Of a stretch of 64,000 nt of DNA, positions 9,108-18,109 are shown piece after piece. This stretch comes from Ignavibacteriaceae bacterium (lineage in GTDB: Bacteria > Bacteroidota > Ignavibacteria > Ignavibacteriales > Ignavibacteriaceae). Numbering within the stretch: position 1 is the first letter of the stretch; the number at the start of each line of letters is the position of its first letter. The DNA is taken from contig JBGSPH010000059.1 of NCBI GenBank assembly GCA_041738675.1, forward strand, positions 30,086-94,085, read 5' to 3'. The notes beneath the pieces are model-generated. The model saw nothing but the letters and a program-made list of their open reading frames with translations. It was not told the origin of the DNA and did not search any database. The translations under genes were made by a program, and so were the position numbers.

Positions 9108-9350
9108 TTACTTAAGGTATTGCGAAATAAATTTTGCTGCATCGGCAACCGATTGAATTTCAAGTGCTTTGTCTTCTTCCATTTCGATTTGAAATTCCTC
9201 TTCAAAGGCAGCCACTAATTCAACACTCTGAAGTGAATCTGCCCCAAGATCAAAAATAAAATTTGCACTATCAGAAATATTTTCCTCCTTTGTTTTAAGA
9301 ACCTTTGCAATTACTTTTTTGACACGTTGCTGAACCTCATTATTATCCAT
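9108..9350 (-). CDS. Acyl carrier protein
   Basis: It is 80 aa with the LGADSLQSVELV phosphopantetheine-attachment motif. Its stop is 9 nt upstream of the acyl-CoA synthetase start. Confidence 0.85.
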   Translation of the reverse strand: MDNNEVQQRVKKVIAKVLKTKEENISDSANFIFDLGADSLQSVELVAAFEEEFQIEMEEDKALEIQSVADAAKFISQYLK

Positions 9351-9589
9351 AGGAAATATCCTTTCTTGCGTGGAAGTATGTGGGTGAATAGTTTGTGAGA
9401 ATGATCATCATCTTGAAGTAAAATTTCATTGATTTAAATTTACAGGATGAAATTTCCAATTAAAAGTAATTCGTGAATTTAATTGTTACAATAATTAAAT
9501 TGTTGCGGAACAACAAGGATTTGTTTATCCAAATAAATAAGCCCTAAATAATAATATCGTAAATATTATTTAGAGATCAAACTGAGAAC

Positions 9590-9904
9590 TTATTTAATCA
9601 TAGTTAAAAGTATTTTTGATTTTACTGTTGCTTTCAATCCGTGCGGAACATCTGGCGGCATTACAATAATTTCCCCTGCTTTAACATTATATGGATTTCC
9701 ACCAATCTTAATTTCCATTTCACCATCAACCATATAAACGACTGCTTCATAAGGTGAAGTGTGTTCTGTTAATGATTCATCTTTATCAAACGCAAAAAGT
9801 GTGATATTCCCGTTTGGCTTTTTGATAATTTGTTTACTAACAATTGAACCTGTTTGGTACTCAATAGATTCTATTAGTTTCTCCTGAGAAATTTTGTCAG
9901 TCAT
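9590..9904 (-). CDS. Cupin domain protein
   Basis: It is 104 aa, with LTEHTSPYEAVVYMVDGEMEI...GEIIVMPPDVPHGL in a cupin motif arrangement. Confidence 0.7.
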   Translation of the reverse strand: MTDKISQEKLIESIEYQTGSIVSKQIIKKPNGNITLFAFDKDESLTEHTSPYEAVVYMVDGEMEIKIGGNPYNVKAGEIIVMPPDVPHGLKATVKSKILLTMIK

Positions 9905-10080
9905 TTAAGCTCCTTTAATTTTTAATGATTTTCGATATAAGAGTCTATTTACAATATGTTTTTCGGATTTCTCGATCAGAATTTCGTTTAATAAGTTTAA
10001 AGTCTAAGATAATCTTTATTAAATAGCTAAAATAATCTCAGTATAAAATTTAATTTTATAGAATATTATTTAGCCTGTTA

Positions 10081-10854
10081 TTATTTTTCTAAAAAGTTTT
10101 TTCTTATCAGAATAATTAAAAATATAGTTGCAGTATAATATATAAAGAATGGGATAATGAAATCTATCAAGCCAAACCAAAGCATTATTGAAATAATCAT
10201 TAATTGAGTTCCAAGTCCATAAAGTGAAACTATCGTCATGAACCAATTAGGAAATCTCTTTTTAAGTACTGCAGTCTTATCTAAGAGATAGATTACATTA
10301 TCAAAAAGACTATAAAATATTTTATAAAGATAAAACGTTAAATTAACATTACGCTGGCTTTCACCGTAAAAAGCATTTGGTGCTTTCTTCTCAAGTATTC
10401 TGCTGGTTGAATCACTACCAGAGGAATTATCTCTTAATATCACGTAGAAATAATTATAAAGAGTACCTTGAAATTCGATTCCAAAGAATGCAAGAAGAGA
10501 AAATACAAATGTTGTGTTTGTTTTATATCCAACCGCCATAATAATTAAAAAGTTTAGAATTATGTCAGAGATTGAATCAAGGTATCTACCTGTATAGGAA
10601 GGTGTATCTTTTATTCTGGCTAATTCTCCATCAGCCGCATCAAGAATAGATTTTAATATTAGAAATATGCCTGCTGAAATATAAAATCCTTTTATAATAG
10701 AAAAGACAGCAAGCAGCCCAGAAAGTGTAAATAGTAATGTTATATGTATTGGTGTGAGTTTTGAATCTTTAAACTGATCAGCAATAAATACCGCAAGGGG
10801 TCTTCCATAATCAGATAAATCAATAAATTGTTTTCCCTTTGAAAGTTTAGGCAT
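10081..10854 (-). CDS. CDP-alcohol phosphatidyltransferase family membrane protein
   Basis: DAADGELAR-x8-G-x3-DSISD matches the D-x2-DG-x2-AR...G-x3-D-x3-D signature. It has multiple TM helices. Confidence 0.8.
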   Translation of the reverse strand: MPKLSKGKQFIDLSDYGRPLAVFIADQFKDSKLTPIHITLLFTLSGLLAVFSIIKGFYISAGIFLILKSILDAADGELARIKDTPSYTGRYLDSISDIILNFLIIMAVGYKTNTTFVFSLLAFFGIEFQGTLYNYFYVILRDNSSGSDSTSRILEKKAPNAFYGESQRNVNLTFYLYKIFYSLFDNVIYLLDKTAVLKKRFPNWFMTIVSLYGLGTQLMIISIMLWFGLIDFIIPFFIYYTATIFLIILIRKNFLEK

Positions 10855-11007
10855 TTTTTAATTATACTATTATTCTGGCTGTTCAACTGGTGGTTAGACT
10901 TCTGTTCATATGTTTTTCAGCAAATTAAAGTCCTTATTGTTTTTACTAAGGATTTAGTTTCTGTTTATTATTTTACTGTGCCACACAAATGAATCTAAAT
11001 GATTTAT

Positions 11008-12000
11008 TTATTTTATTGACGGAAGACTTTGATGCTTGGGATGTTTGGCAGAAATTTTTTCTTTTAATCTTTCATCAAATAGTTTACCTATTTCAGCACC
11101 TATTATAAAAACTACGGCTGTATAATAAATCCAGAAAGCGATTACTATGACCAGCGCATAAGTACCGTAAATTCTTCCCCAGGTTTGAAAGTTTGCAAGA
11201 TAATATCCAAAAAGTGTTTTCATCCCTACCCAAAATAATGAAGCCCATAGAGCACCAACTAAAGCGGAACGATGCTTTATTTTGGATGTTGGAATAAAAC
11301 TATAAAACAAATACATAAGTACGAGCATTATAAATAATGAAGCAAGAACTGTAAAAAGCTGCTGAAAAATTGCATGATTAAAAAATTGAAGATAAGGAGT
11401 TGATTCAGCAATTGATTTGAATAACTCTAATAATGGTAAAGCAAGAATTGAAGCAAAGAAAAGAAGTATCGCAACCAGTATTACAAGAAAGTCTCTTAGT
11501 TTACCAAGGAAAATATTTACCTCTATATCGGTTCCATTTATTTTATTTAGCACTGTACGCATACTGCTGAAAAATCCGCTTGCGGCAAAAAATAATCCTA
11601 CGAAACCCAAAAGTCCCGCAACATTTTTTAATTCAATTACCTCTTCAACACGACTAAAAATAATTTGCTTAACAAAATCAGCATACTCGCTATATGGAAT
11701 AGCTGTATTTATAAATGTAATAATTTGCAATTCCATTTCTTCTGAACTTAGAAAATTTCCAAGAATCCAGAATACAATCAATATTAATGGAATGATGCAA
11801 GTGAAAAGTGAAAATGCTAATCCGCCTGAAAATAGAAAAAGATGGTGCTGATCGGTTCTGTTATACAATCCACCGAAGTAATGTTTAAGAAACTCACCTG
11901 TCTTTTGCCAATGCGGGCGAAGATGGTATAGATATCTAAGCTGCCTAAAGTATTTGAAAAAAGATGACTTCTTATAAATTTTTTTAATTTTATTCTTCAC
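11008..12000 (-). CDS. YihY/BrkB (formerly RNase BN-like) family membrane protein
   Basis: It has about six TM helices. The motifs [21 protein letters not shown] and [16 protein letters not shown] are typical of the family. It overlaps the purL stop by 11 nt. Confidence 0.7.
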   Translation of the reverse strand: MKNKIKKIYKKSSFFKYFRQLRYLYHLRPHWQKTGEFLKHYFGGLYNRTDQHHLFLFSGGLAFSLFTCIIPLILIVFWILGNFLSSEEMELQIITFINTAIPYSEYADFVKQIIFSRVEEVIELKNVAGLLGFVGLFFAASGFFSSMRTVLNKINGTDIEVNIFLGKLRDFLVILVAILLFFASILALPLLELFKSIAESTPYLQFFNHAIFQQLFTVLASLFIMLVLMYLFYSFIPTSKIKHRSALVGALWASLFWVGMKTLFGYYLANFQTWGRIYGTYALVIVIAFWIYYTAVVFIIGAEIGKLFDERLKEKISAKHPKHQSLPSIK

Positions 12001-14218
12001 CGGACATGATTCCAGGAATTGTATTGTAATAAATATCTGATAGCTGAGCTACGCTTATTTCAAAAAGATTTTTAAGTTTCATTGATGATCCACTGACAAC
12101 ACCAAGCTTAGTAAACTTAACACCTGATATTTTAAGTTCAGATTCAAGATCAAGAATTTTATCTTTTGAAATTGAAATAATAATTCTTGATTGAGATTCT
12201 GAGAATAAAGAAAAATCTTTTCTCGATTTAATTGGAATTTCTACTTCACATCCAATTTGTTTTTCCTGGTTGATAATACAGCACTCTGCTAAAGCGGAAA
12301 CTATTCCACCTTCAGAAATATCATGTGCAGATTTAATCAAACCTTTTCTGATAAGATTTAACAGAGTATCCTGTAATTTCTTTTCTTCATCAAGATTTAT
12401 TGTAGGAGATTCCCCAGCAACTTTGTTATGAATAACTTTTGCATATTCACTTCCGCCAAGTTCTTCTTTATCTTCACCTAATAAATAAATTACATCACCT
12501 TCATCTTTGAAGTATGAAGTTGTAATGTGTTTTAAATCTTCAATCAGTCCAACCATTCCAATTGTTGGCGTTGGATAAACTGCTGTCTCCGGTGATTCAT
12601 TATAAAAACTTACATTGCCGCCGGTAACTGGAGTATCAAAATGTCTGCAAGCTTCTCCCATTCCTGCAATTGCCTGAGCAAACTGCCAGTAAACTTCCGG
12701 CTTATAAGGATTACCAAAGTTCAAACAATTTGTAACACCAAGCGGCACACCGCCAGAGCATACAATATTTCGTGCAGATTCTGCAACTGCAATCTTTGTT
12801 CCTTCTTTGGGATTAAGATAAACATAACGAGAGTTGCAATCGGTTTTCATCGCTAACGCTTTGTTAGTTCCTTTTACCAAAATAACCGCAGCATCACAAC
12901 CGGGCCCAACGACTGTATTTGTTCTTACCATCGAATCGTATTGATGATAAACCCACTGTTTAGAAACGATATTTGGTGATGAAAATACTTTTAAGAAAGT
13001 ATCCCTTAAATATTTTGGTTCAGGTAAAGTTTTTGAATCAAACTTTCTTGTTGCTTTTAAGTATTCGGGTTCTTTTTGCTCGCGTGTATAAACTGGAGCA
13101 CCGCCGCCAAGCACTAAATCAAACGAAGGCATTGTAACTTTTCGTTCACCTTGATAATCTATATGAAGGGTTTTATCATCTGTTACTTCGCCGATAATTT
13201 CACAATGTAAATCCCATTTTTCAAATACGGCTTTTACGCGATCTTCATAGCCTTTTTTAACACAGCACAACATTCTTTCCTGACTTTCACTCAACATAAT
13301 TTCGTAAGCTGTCATACCCTTTTCGCGCAAAGGAACTTTATCAAGATTGATCTTCATTCCTGATTCACCTTTTGCACTCATCTCACTAGTTGAGCAGGAA
13401 ATTCCTGCCGCACCCATATCCTGAATTCCGATCAGCCAATCGTTTTTTATTATTTCTAATGTTGCTTCAAGCAAAAGTTTTTCGGTAAACGGATCACCAA
13501 CCTGAACTGAAGGACGCTTTGCTTCTGACTTTTCAGAAATTTCTTCTGATGCAAAAGTTGCACCGTGTATTCCATCTCTTCCTGTGGATGAACCTACAAT
13601 CATAATAGGATTGCCAACACCTTTTGAAGTAGCTGAAGCAACGTGTTTTTTATTTACAATTCCAACTGCCATTGCATTAACAAGCGGATTGCCTTGATAT
13701 GATTCATCAAAATAAACTTCGCCGGCAACAGTCGGAACTCCAAAACTATTTCCGTAATCACCAATACCACGAACAACACCATCAAATAAAAATCTTGTGC
13801 GAGCATCTTTTAAAGATCCAATACGAAGTGAGTTTAAAGAAGCAATTGGGCGCGCGCCCATCGTAAAAATGTCTCTCATAATTCCACCAACTCCTGTTGC
13901 CGCTCCCTGATAGGGTTCAACTGCAGATGGATGGTTATGGCTTTCAATCTTAAATGCTACAGCTAAATCATCACCAATGTCGATTAGTCCGGCATTTTCT
14001 TCACCAGCTGCAACAAGTAATCTTCCGCCGCTGCGCGGTAATGTTTTTAATTGTGCAATGGAGTTTTTATAACTGCAATGCTCGCTCCACATTACAGAAA
14101 AAACACCTAGCTCAGTAAAAGTTGGAGTGCGACCAAGAATTTTTAAAATCTTTTCCCATTCATCTTTAATTAATCCGTGCTCTAAGGCAAGCTCAAAAGT
14201 TACTTCGGGTTCTTTCAT
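11990..14218 (-). CDS. purL: Phosphoribosylformylglycinamidine synthase subunit II
   Basis: It is 742 aa and contains [31 protein letters not shown] and GAAG motifs. Confidence 0.95.
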   Translation of the reverse strand: MKEPEVTFELALEHGLIKDEWEKILKILGRTPTFTELGVFSVMWSEHCSYKNSIAQLKTLPRSGGRLLVAAGEENAGLIDIGDDLAVAFKIESHNHPSAVEPYQGAATGVGGIMRDIFTMGARPIASLNSLRIGSLKDARTRFLFDGVVRGIGDYGNSFGVPTVAGEVYFDESYQGNPLVNAMAVGIVNKKHVASATSKGVGNPIMIVGSSTGRDGIHGATFASEEISEKSEAKRPSVQVGDPFTEKLLLEATLEIIKNDWLIGIQDMGAAGISCSTSEMSAKGESGMKINLDKVPLREKGMTAYEIMLSESQERMLCCVKKGYEDRVKAVFEKWDLHCEIIGEVTDDKTLHIDYQGERKVTMPSFDLVLGGGAPVYTREQKEPEYLKATRKFDSKTLPEPKYLRDTFLKVFSSPNIVSKQWVYHQYDSMVRTNTVVGPGCDAAVILVKGTNKALAMKTDCNSRYVYLNPKEGTKIAVAESARNIVCSGGVPLGVTNCLNFGNPYKPEVYWQFAQAIAGMGEACRHFDTPVTGGNVSFYNESPETAVYPTPTIGMVGLIEDLKHITTSYFKDEGDVIYLLGEDKEELGGSEYAKVIHNKVAGESPTINLDEEKKLQDTLLNLIRKGLIKSAHDISEGGIVSALAECCIINQEKQIGCEVEIPIKSRKDFSLFSESQSRIIISISKDKILDLESELKISGVKFTKLGVVSGSSMKLKNLFEISVAQLSDIYYNTIPGIMSGEE

Positions 14219-14267
14219 TACTCTTAAATCTTTTTTTTAAGTGAATTATAATTTTTCTTTTTCTCGG

Positions 14268-14886
14268 CTGTCACGAACCATTTCGTGACAGAATTTATTT
14301 AATTTCAATTCCAGCATATTCCGCATCAACAAATAAAACTGAATGATCGTTACAAACATAATTACGGGCACTTGAATATTTATAGTCTTCTGACTTCAAA
14401 ACTAACCCTGATTCAACAGGATTGTTATGAATATAATGCAACTTAGTCCAAAACATTTTTTCATTTCTAATAACTTCATCATCAAATCTTTGCATCCAGA
14501 ATTTTCTTTTATGTTTAGGATATTTTTTACCTGCTTCAATAAAAACATTTATTAGGATTTCGTCATTCCTTTCAATCTCTTCCATAATATCCCACGCAGA
14601 AAACTTTTTTATATCCCGCATAATATCAGAGATTGTTCCATATTGTCTATCAACTTCTATAATCCAATGAAAGTGAGAAGGCATAATTACAAAAGCTAGT
14701 ATCTTAAAATGATATTTCTTCTGGTAATGAATAATGTTCTTTATCAAAAAATCACAATAAATATCTTTCAAAAACACTCGTGTAAATTCAACAATTGTTG
14801 TTGTGACAAAGAAAATACTTTCATCGGTTAAATTTAATCTGCCTCTTCTACCCATTGTCAATCAGTCACGAAGTGGTTCGTGACTG
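14268..14886 (-). mobile_element. REP-RAYT unit: Y1 transposase gene flanked by inverted REP hairpins
   Basis: REP1 at 14268-14291 is CTGTCACGAAccaTTTCGTGACAG, 3 nt beyond the stop. REP2 at 14863-14886 is CAGTCACGAAgtggTTCGTGACTG, 1 nt beyond the start and in the opposite orientation. Confidence 0.8.
14295..14861 (-). CDS. REP-associated tyrosine transposase (IS200/IS605-like Y1 HUH enzyme)
   Basis: It has an HUH motif (MPSHFHWIIE), a C-terminal catalytic Tyr context (DYKYSSARNY) and is 188 aa. REP hairpins flank it. Confidence 0.8.
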   Translation of the reverse strand: MTMGRRGRLNLTDESIFFVTTTIVEFTRVFLKDIYCDFLIKNIIHYQKKYHFKILAFVIMPSHFHWIIEVDRQYGTISDIMRDIKKFSAWDIMEEIERNDEILINVFIEAGKKYPKHKRKFWMQRFDDEVIRNEKMFWTKLHYIHNNPVESGLVLKSEDYKYSSARNYVCNDHSVLFVDAEYAGIEIK

Positions 14887-15019
14887 CCGTATAAATTAGT
14901 TTGGAAATTTTATAGGGAAATATAAGGGAAAGTGGGGTAAATATTTCTAAGAAATTTATAATGATAGAATTTTGAAACTGTTATTAGATTAGGAACAATT
15001 TGCAGTAGCGATAAGAAAA

Positions 15020-15208
15020 TTATTTTTTATTGATTTCTTCTATTCTTTTCTTATAAATTATGAGGGTAATGGATCCAACTATGATCATTAATATTATTAC
15101 TAATCTTTCTTCATCAATCTTAAACGATTTTAATAAGATAATAATTAAAGTCATTATAATTAATTGGATATAAATAAATTTTTGGATTCTGGGATCTAGT
15201 TTATTCAT
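15020..15208 (-). CDS. Hypothetical small membrane protein (62 aa, two predicted TM helices)
   Basis: The ORF shows two hydrophobic stretches and a Lys-rich tail. It lies 3 nt downstream of the preceding small ORF. I recognise no family. Confidence 0.4.
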   Translation of the reverse strand: MNKLDPRIQKFIYIQLIIMTLIIILLKSFKIDEERLVIILMIIVGSITLIIYKKRIEEINKK

Positions 15209-15211
15209 AAT

Positions 15212-15445
15212 TTAATTTTTAGAAAAGAAACTGATTATTAAAGTTATAATTGATAATAGAGCTACAATCCATCCAGACACTAAAAAATGCTTTTGATAAT
15301 CTGGTAGTTCACCCCAAACCTTCAACTTTCCAAAAGTTGGTACAATTACTATGATGAATAAAAGAGTCATACCAAATAAAGGATCCATTCCCATTTTTTC
15401 AAAAATGTTATTAAAAAAATGGATGGTGCTTTCTTTTAAATTCAT
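15212..15445 (-). CDS. Hypothetical small membrane protein (77 aa, two predicted TM helices)
   Basis: The ORF shows two hydrophobic stretches (LLFIIVIVPTF, WIVALLSIITLIISFF). I recognise no family. Confidence 0.4.
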   Translation of the reverse strand: MNLKESTIHFFNNIFEKMGMDPLFGMTLLFIIVIVPTFGKLKVWGELPDYQKHFLVSGWIVALLSIITLIISFFSKN

Positions 15446-15467
15446 CTTTTTTACGCCTAATTTTTAG

Positions 15468-15491
15468 TTGTCACGAACCACTTCGAGACAG
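15468..15491. repeat. REP hairpin copy 3 (degenerate)
   Basis: GTCACGAAccacTTCGAGAC has one stem mismatch. The loop matches the reverse complement of REP2. Confidence 0.65.
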
Positions 15492-15668
15492 ATAAACTAA
15501 CTTAATACAATTCTAGCATTTTAAGTATAAACAAATTAAACTGAATGATCATCACAAACATAAGCACGAGTATAGAATATCTAAAATCTTCTGGTTTTAA
15601 AACTAATCCCGCTTCAACAGAATTACTAGGAATGTAATGCAACTTAGCTCAAAATATTTTTTCATCGG
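15492..15668 (-). pseudogene. Decayed 3' fragment of a second RAYT gene
   Basis: By eye it is about 75-80% identical in nucleotide sequence to 14295-14466, the last ~57 codons of the intact RAYT. It carries TGG>TGA in the MFWTKL-equivalent codons and a 1-nt deletion in the YSSARNY region. Confidence 0.75.
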
Positions 15669-15692
15669 CTGTCACGAGCCATTTCGTGACAG
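15669..15692. repeat. REP hairpin copy 4
   Basis: CTGTCACGAGccaTTTCGTGACAG shares both flanks with REP1 (tcggCTGTCACGA...GACAGaattt). Confidence 0.75.
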
Positions 15693-15708
15693 AATTTTTT
15701 GATCAATT

Positions 15709-16422
15709 TCATTTCAAAAACTCTTCCCAAATCTTAAATAACTGGTAAGTTGCATAAATATCCTTAGAACAATAAACAGCAATATCTTTTATTCTTCCTG
15801 CTTCATAAAGTGTTTTTACTTCCATTCCGGAAATATCTTTTGATTTTGGTGATTCAATTCCAAATGCGTGGCAGTAAAAATCCAGATTAAATTTTCTTGT
15901 TGTACTATAAAAAGTAAACTGCTCAAGCAGATCGATATGAATATCACCATAACGATAGCCCATTAAATTTTTTGTTGGTTTAATTTTTAACATTGCAGAA
16001 CGCATCATTAAAAATGGAACATCGAAATTTCTTCCGTTAAATGTTATAAACTGATCAACGTGCAAAGCAACTTTCCAGAATGATTCAAGCATTTCCTTTT
16101 CTGGTAATCCTTTGTAATACACATTTGTGCTTTCAGAATTCCATTCTTCAGGTTTGTCTGATTCGTAGTAAACATAGGATTTTTCTTTTTCAACGTCATA
16201 CATTCCAATTGCAACAGACTTTGCTGTAAATGGATAAAGTGAGGTGTAACGAATTGCTTCATCTTTCATCGCTTCTTTTTTGGTGGGATCAACTTCTTTG
16301 TCAGCATATTTCAATAGATACTCACGCTGAGTTTCGGACAAAGATTCAAAAGGATATGAACAAGTTTCGATATCAAAGATCAGTTTGCGCATTTTAACCT
16401 CCCAATAATTTAAGAATGTCAT
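15709..16422 (-). CDS. RNase H-fold 3'-5' exonuclease (DEDD, PolB-exonuclease-like)
   Basis: LIFDIETC (ExoI), FNGRNFDVPFL (ExoII) and CSKDIYATYQLF (ExoIII-like) are present. The more likely start is the ATG at 16392 (MRKLIFDIE). Confidence 0.6.
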   Translation of the reverse strand: MTFLNYWEVKMRKLIFDIETCSYPFESLSETQREYLLKYADKEVDPTKKEAMKDEAIRYTSLYPFTAKSVAIGMYDVEKEKSYVYYESDKPEEWNSESTNVYYKGLPEKEMLESFWKVALHVDQFITFNGRNFDVPFLMMRSAMLKIKPTKNLMGYRYGDIHIDLLEQFTFYSTTRKFNLDFYCHAFGIESPKSKDISGMEVKTLYEAGRIKDIAVYCSKDIYATYQLFKIWEEFLK

Positions 16423-16432
16423 TGCGATGTTA

Positions 16433-16876
16433 TTAACTTATAATAATAACTCCAGATTCAAACTTTTTAATCTTCTCTATAAATTCCTCAGTAAGTGGAG
16501 TTGATTTTCTTGTTTTTGGATCAACAAAAACAACAACTCCTTTTCCATCTACAATAATTTCTCCAGTTTTCTTTCTTACAATCAAATGATCATACCCAAA
16601 CGAAGAATTTTTTATGTATGATACTTTTGAATAGACATCGAGTTCGTCATCATAAAATGAATGTCCTCGATAATTAATTTCATTTCTAACCATAAAAAAC
16701 AATCTGCCGTCAGAAAATATTCCACCTTCCGGCATCAATCCTGCCTCTTTCACATATTCTAATCGAGCGTGCTCAAAGAAATTAATGTAAACTGCATTAT
16801 TGCAAACACCAAGCATATCAACCTCGTGAAAGCGCACTTTGAGGGTTATTTTATGTTTGAAATCTTTAATATCCAT
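16433..16876 (-). CDS. Acyl-CoA thioesterase, 4HBT/YbgC-like hotdog fold
   Basis: VRFHEVDMLGVCNNAVYINFFEHARLEY is typical of YbgC-type thioesterases. Length is 147 aa. Confidence 0.75.
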   Translation of the reverse strand: MDIKDFKHKITLKVRFHEVDMLGVCNNAVYINFFEHARLEYVKEAGLMPEGGIFSDGRLFFMVRNEINYRGHSFYDDELDVYSKVSYIKNSSFGYDHLIVRKKTGEIIVDGKGVVVFVDPKTRKSTPLTEEFIEKIKKFESGVIIIS

Positions 16877-16953
16877 TTATTCATTCATTGCAATATTGTT
16901 ACTTCATTGTTGAAATTGAAACAATTGAAAAATAAAACAAATCAACAATTTAA

Positions 16954-17976
16954 TTAACTAAAAACTTGATCAATTATATCAGCAGATTTTTTCACTTCAT
17001 CAAATGTTACATCCAGATGTGCAATTGCACGGATCAAATCAATCTTTCCAACAGAAACAAGCAATCCTTTATCTTTACATCGTTTTAATCCTTCTTCAAC
17101 AGAAATTGTTTTAGGATGAAAAAGTAAAATATTTGTGTGAACAGAATTCATATCAATTTCCAGGTTTGGATTTGCATTAATTCTTTCTGCAAGATATTTA
17201 GCCTTTTCGTGATCTTCTTTTAATCTTTCAATATTATTTTGCAACGCGTATAAACCTGCAGCAGCAAGAATTCCAACTTGTCTCATTCCTCCGCCCCAGG
17301 CTTTGCGAACACGATATGCTTCTTTAATAAAATCCTTTGAACCTGCAATAATGGAACCAACCGGGGCGCCCAATCCTTTTGATAGACAACAGGAAATGGA
17401 ATCAAAATGTGAGGCATATTCTTTTACAGAAATTCCGGTTGCAACGGAAGCATTCCAGATTCTTGCACCATCAAGATGAAAAAAGAGATTATACTTTTTT
17501 GCGAGATGTTTTAGTGAAACAATATTCTCAATCGGCCAAATAGTTCCGCCGCCACGGTTGTGAGTATTCTCAACTTCAATAACTTTTGTGCGCGGCATAT
17601 AGTAAGCAGAAGTTGGACGAATTATCGGTTCAACTTGCTCAGGAGTAATTACTCCATACTTCCCTTCGATTGGAAATAATTGAATTCCGCTTAATGCTGC
17701 CGGCGAACCGGATTCATAATTAAATATATGTGCATCACGATCGCAAATAACTTCATCACCGGGATTTGTTAAAACATTTAAGCATATCTGGTTTCCCATT
17801 ACTCCGCTTGAAACATAAAGCGCAGCCTCTTTGCCAAGAAGTTCTGCAGCATACTGCTCAAGTTTATTTACGGTTGGATCTTCTTTAAAAACATCATCAC
17901 CAACTTCAGCGTTGTACATTGCTTTGCGCATTGCTTCTGATGGGCGTGTCACTGTGTCGCTTCTTAGGTCAATCAT
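16954..17976 (-). CDS. ltaE: Low-specificity L-threonine aldolase
   Basis: The N-terminus MIDLRSDTVTRPSEAMRKAM, the PLP lysine context CLSKGLGAPVGS and the 340-aa size all fit. Confidence 0.9.
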   Translation of the reverse strand: MIDLRSDTVTRPSEAMRKAMYNAEVGDDVFKEDPTVNKLEQYAAELLGKEAALYVSSGVMGNQICLNVLTNPGDEVICDRDAHIFNYESGSPAALSGIQLFPIEGKYGVITPEQVEPIIRPTSAYYMPRTKVIEVENTHNRGGGTIWPIENIVSLKHLAKKYNLFFHLDGARIWNASVATGISVKEYASHFDSISCCLSKGLGAPVGSIIAGSKDFIKEAYRVRKAWGGGMRQVGILAAAGLYALQNNIERLKEDHEKAKYLAERINANPNLEIDMNSVHTNILLFHPKTISVEEGLKRCKDKGLLVSVGKIDLIRAIAHLDVTFDEVKKSADIIDQVFS

Positions 17977-18109
17977 AGAAGAGCCCCCTCCAACTCCCCC
18001 TAAAGGGGAGAGAACTGCAAAGGAACAACTCCAAAATCTTTTTCATTTTATTATTCTTTTCTAATTAATTAAAATAAATTAACAAGCGAGCAATGCAACA
18101 ATTGGACAA

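Noticed and set aside
9351-9589. A 239-bp gap between the cupin and ACP genes, checked for an RNA gene. It contains an AT-only hairpin, CTAAATAATAAT-N-ATTATTTAG, around 9543-9573.
   Set aside because: Only a weak AT-rich hairpin is present. It may be a terminator for the cupin gene, but it is not strong enough to report as a feature.
16044-16262. Same-strand alternative-frame ORFs nested in longer genes (also 18838-19041, 20126-20320, 39216-39470, 44543-44758, 46299-46502, 57339-57557, 59400-59720).
   Set aside because: They are nested out of frame within genes that have strong motif support. None shows a recognisable motif, so I treat them as chance ORFs.
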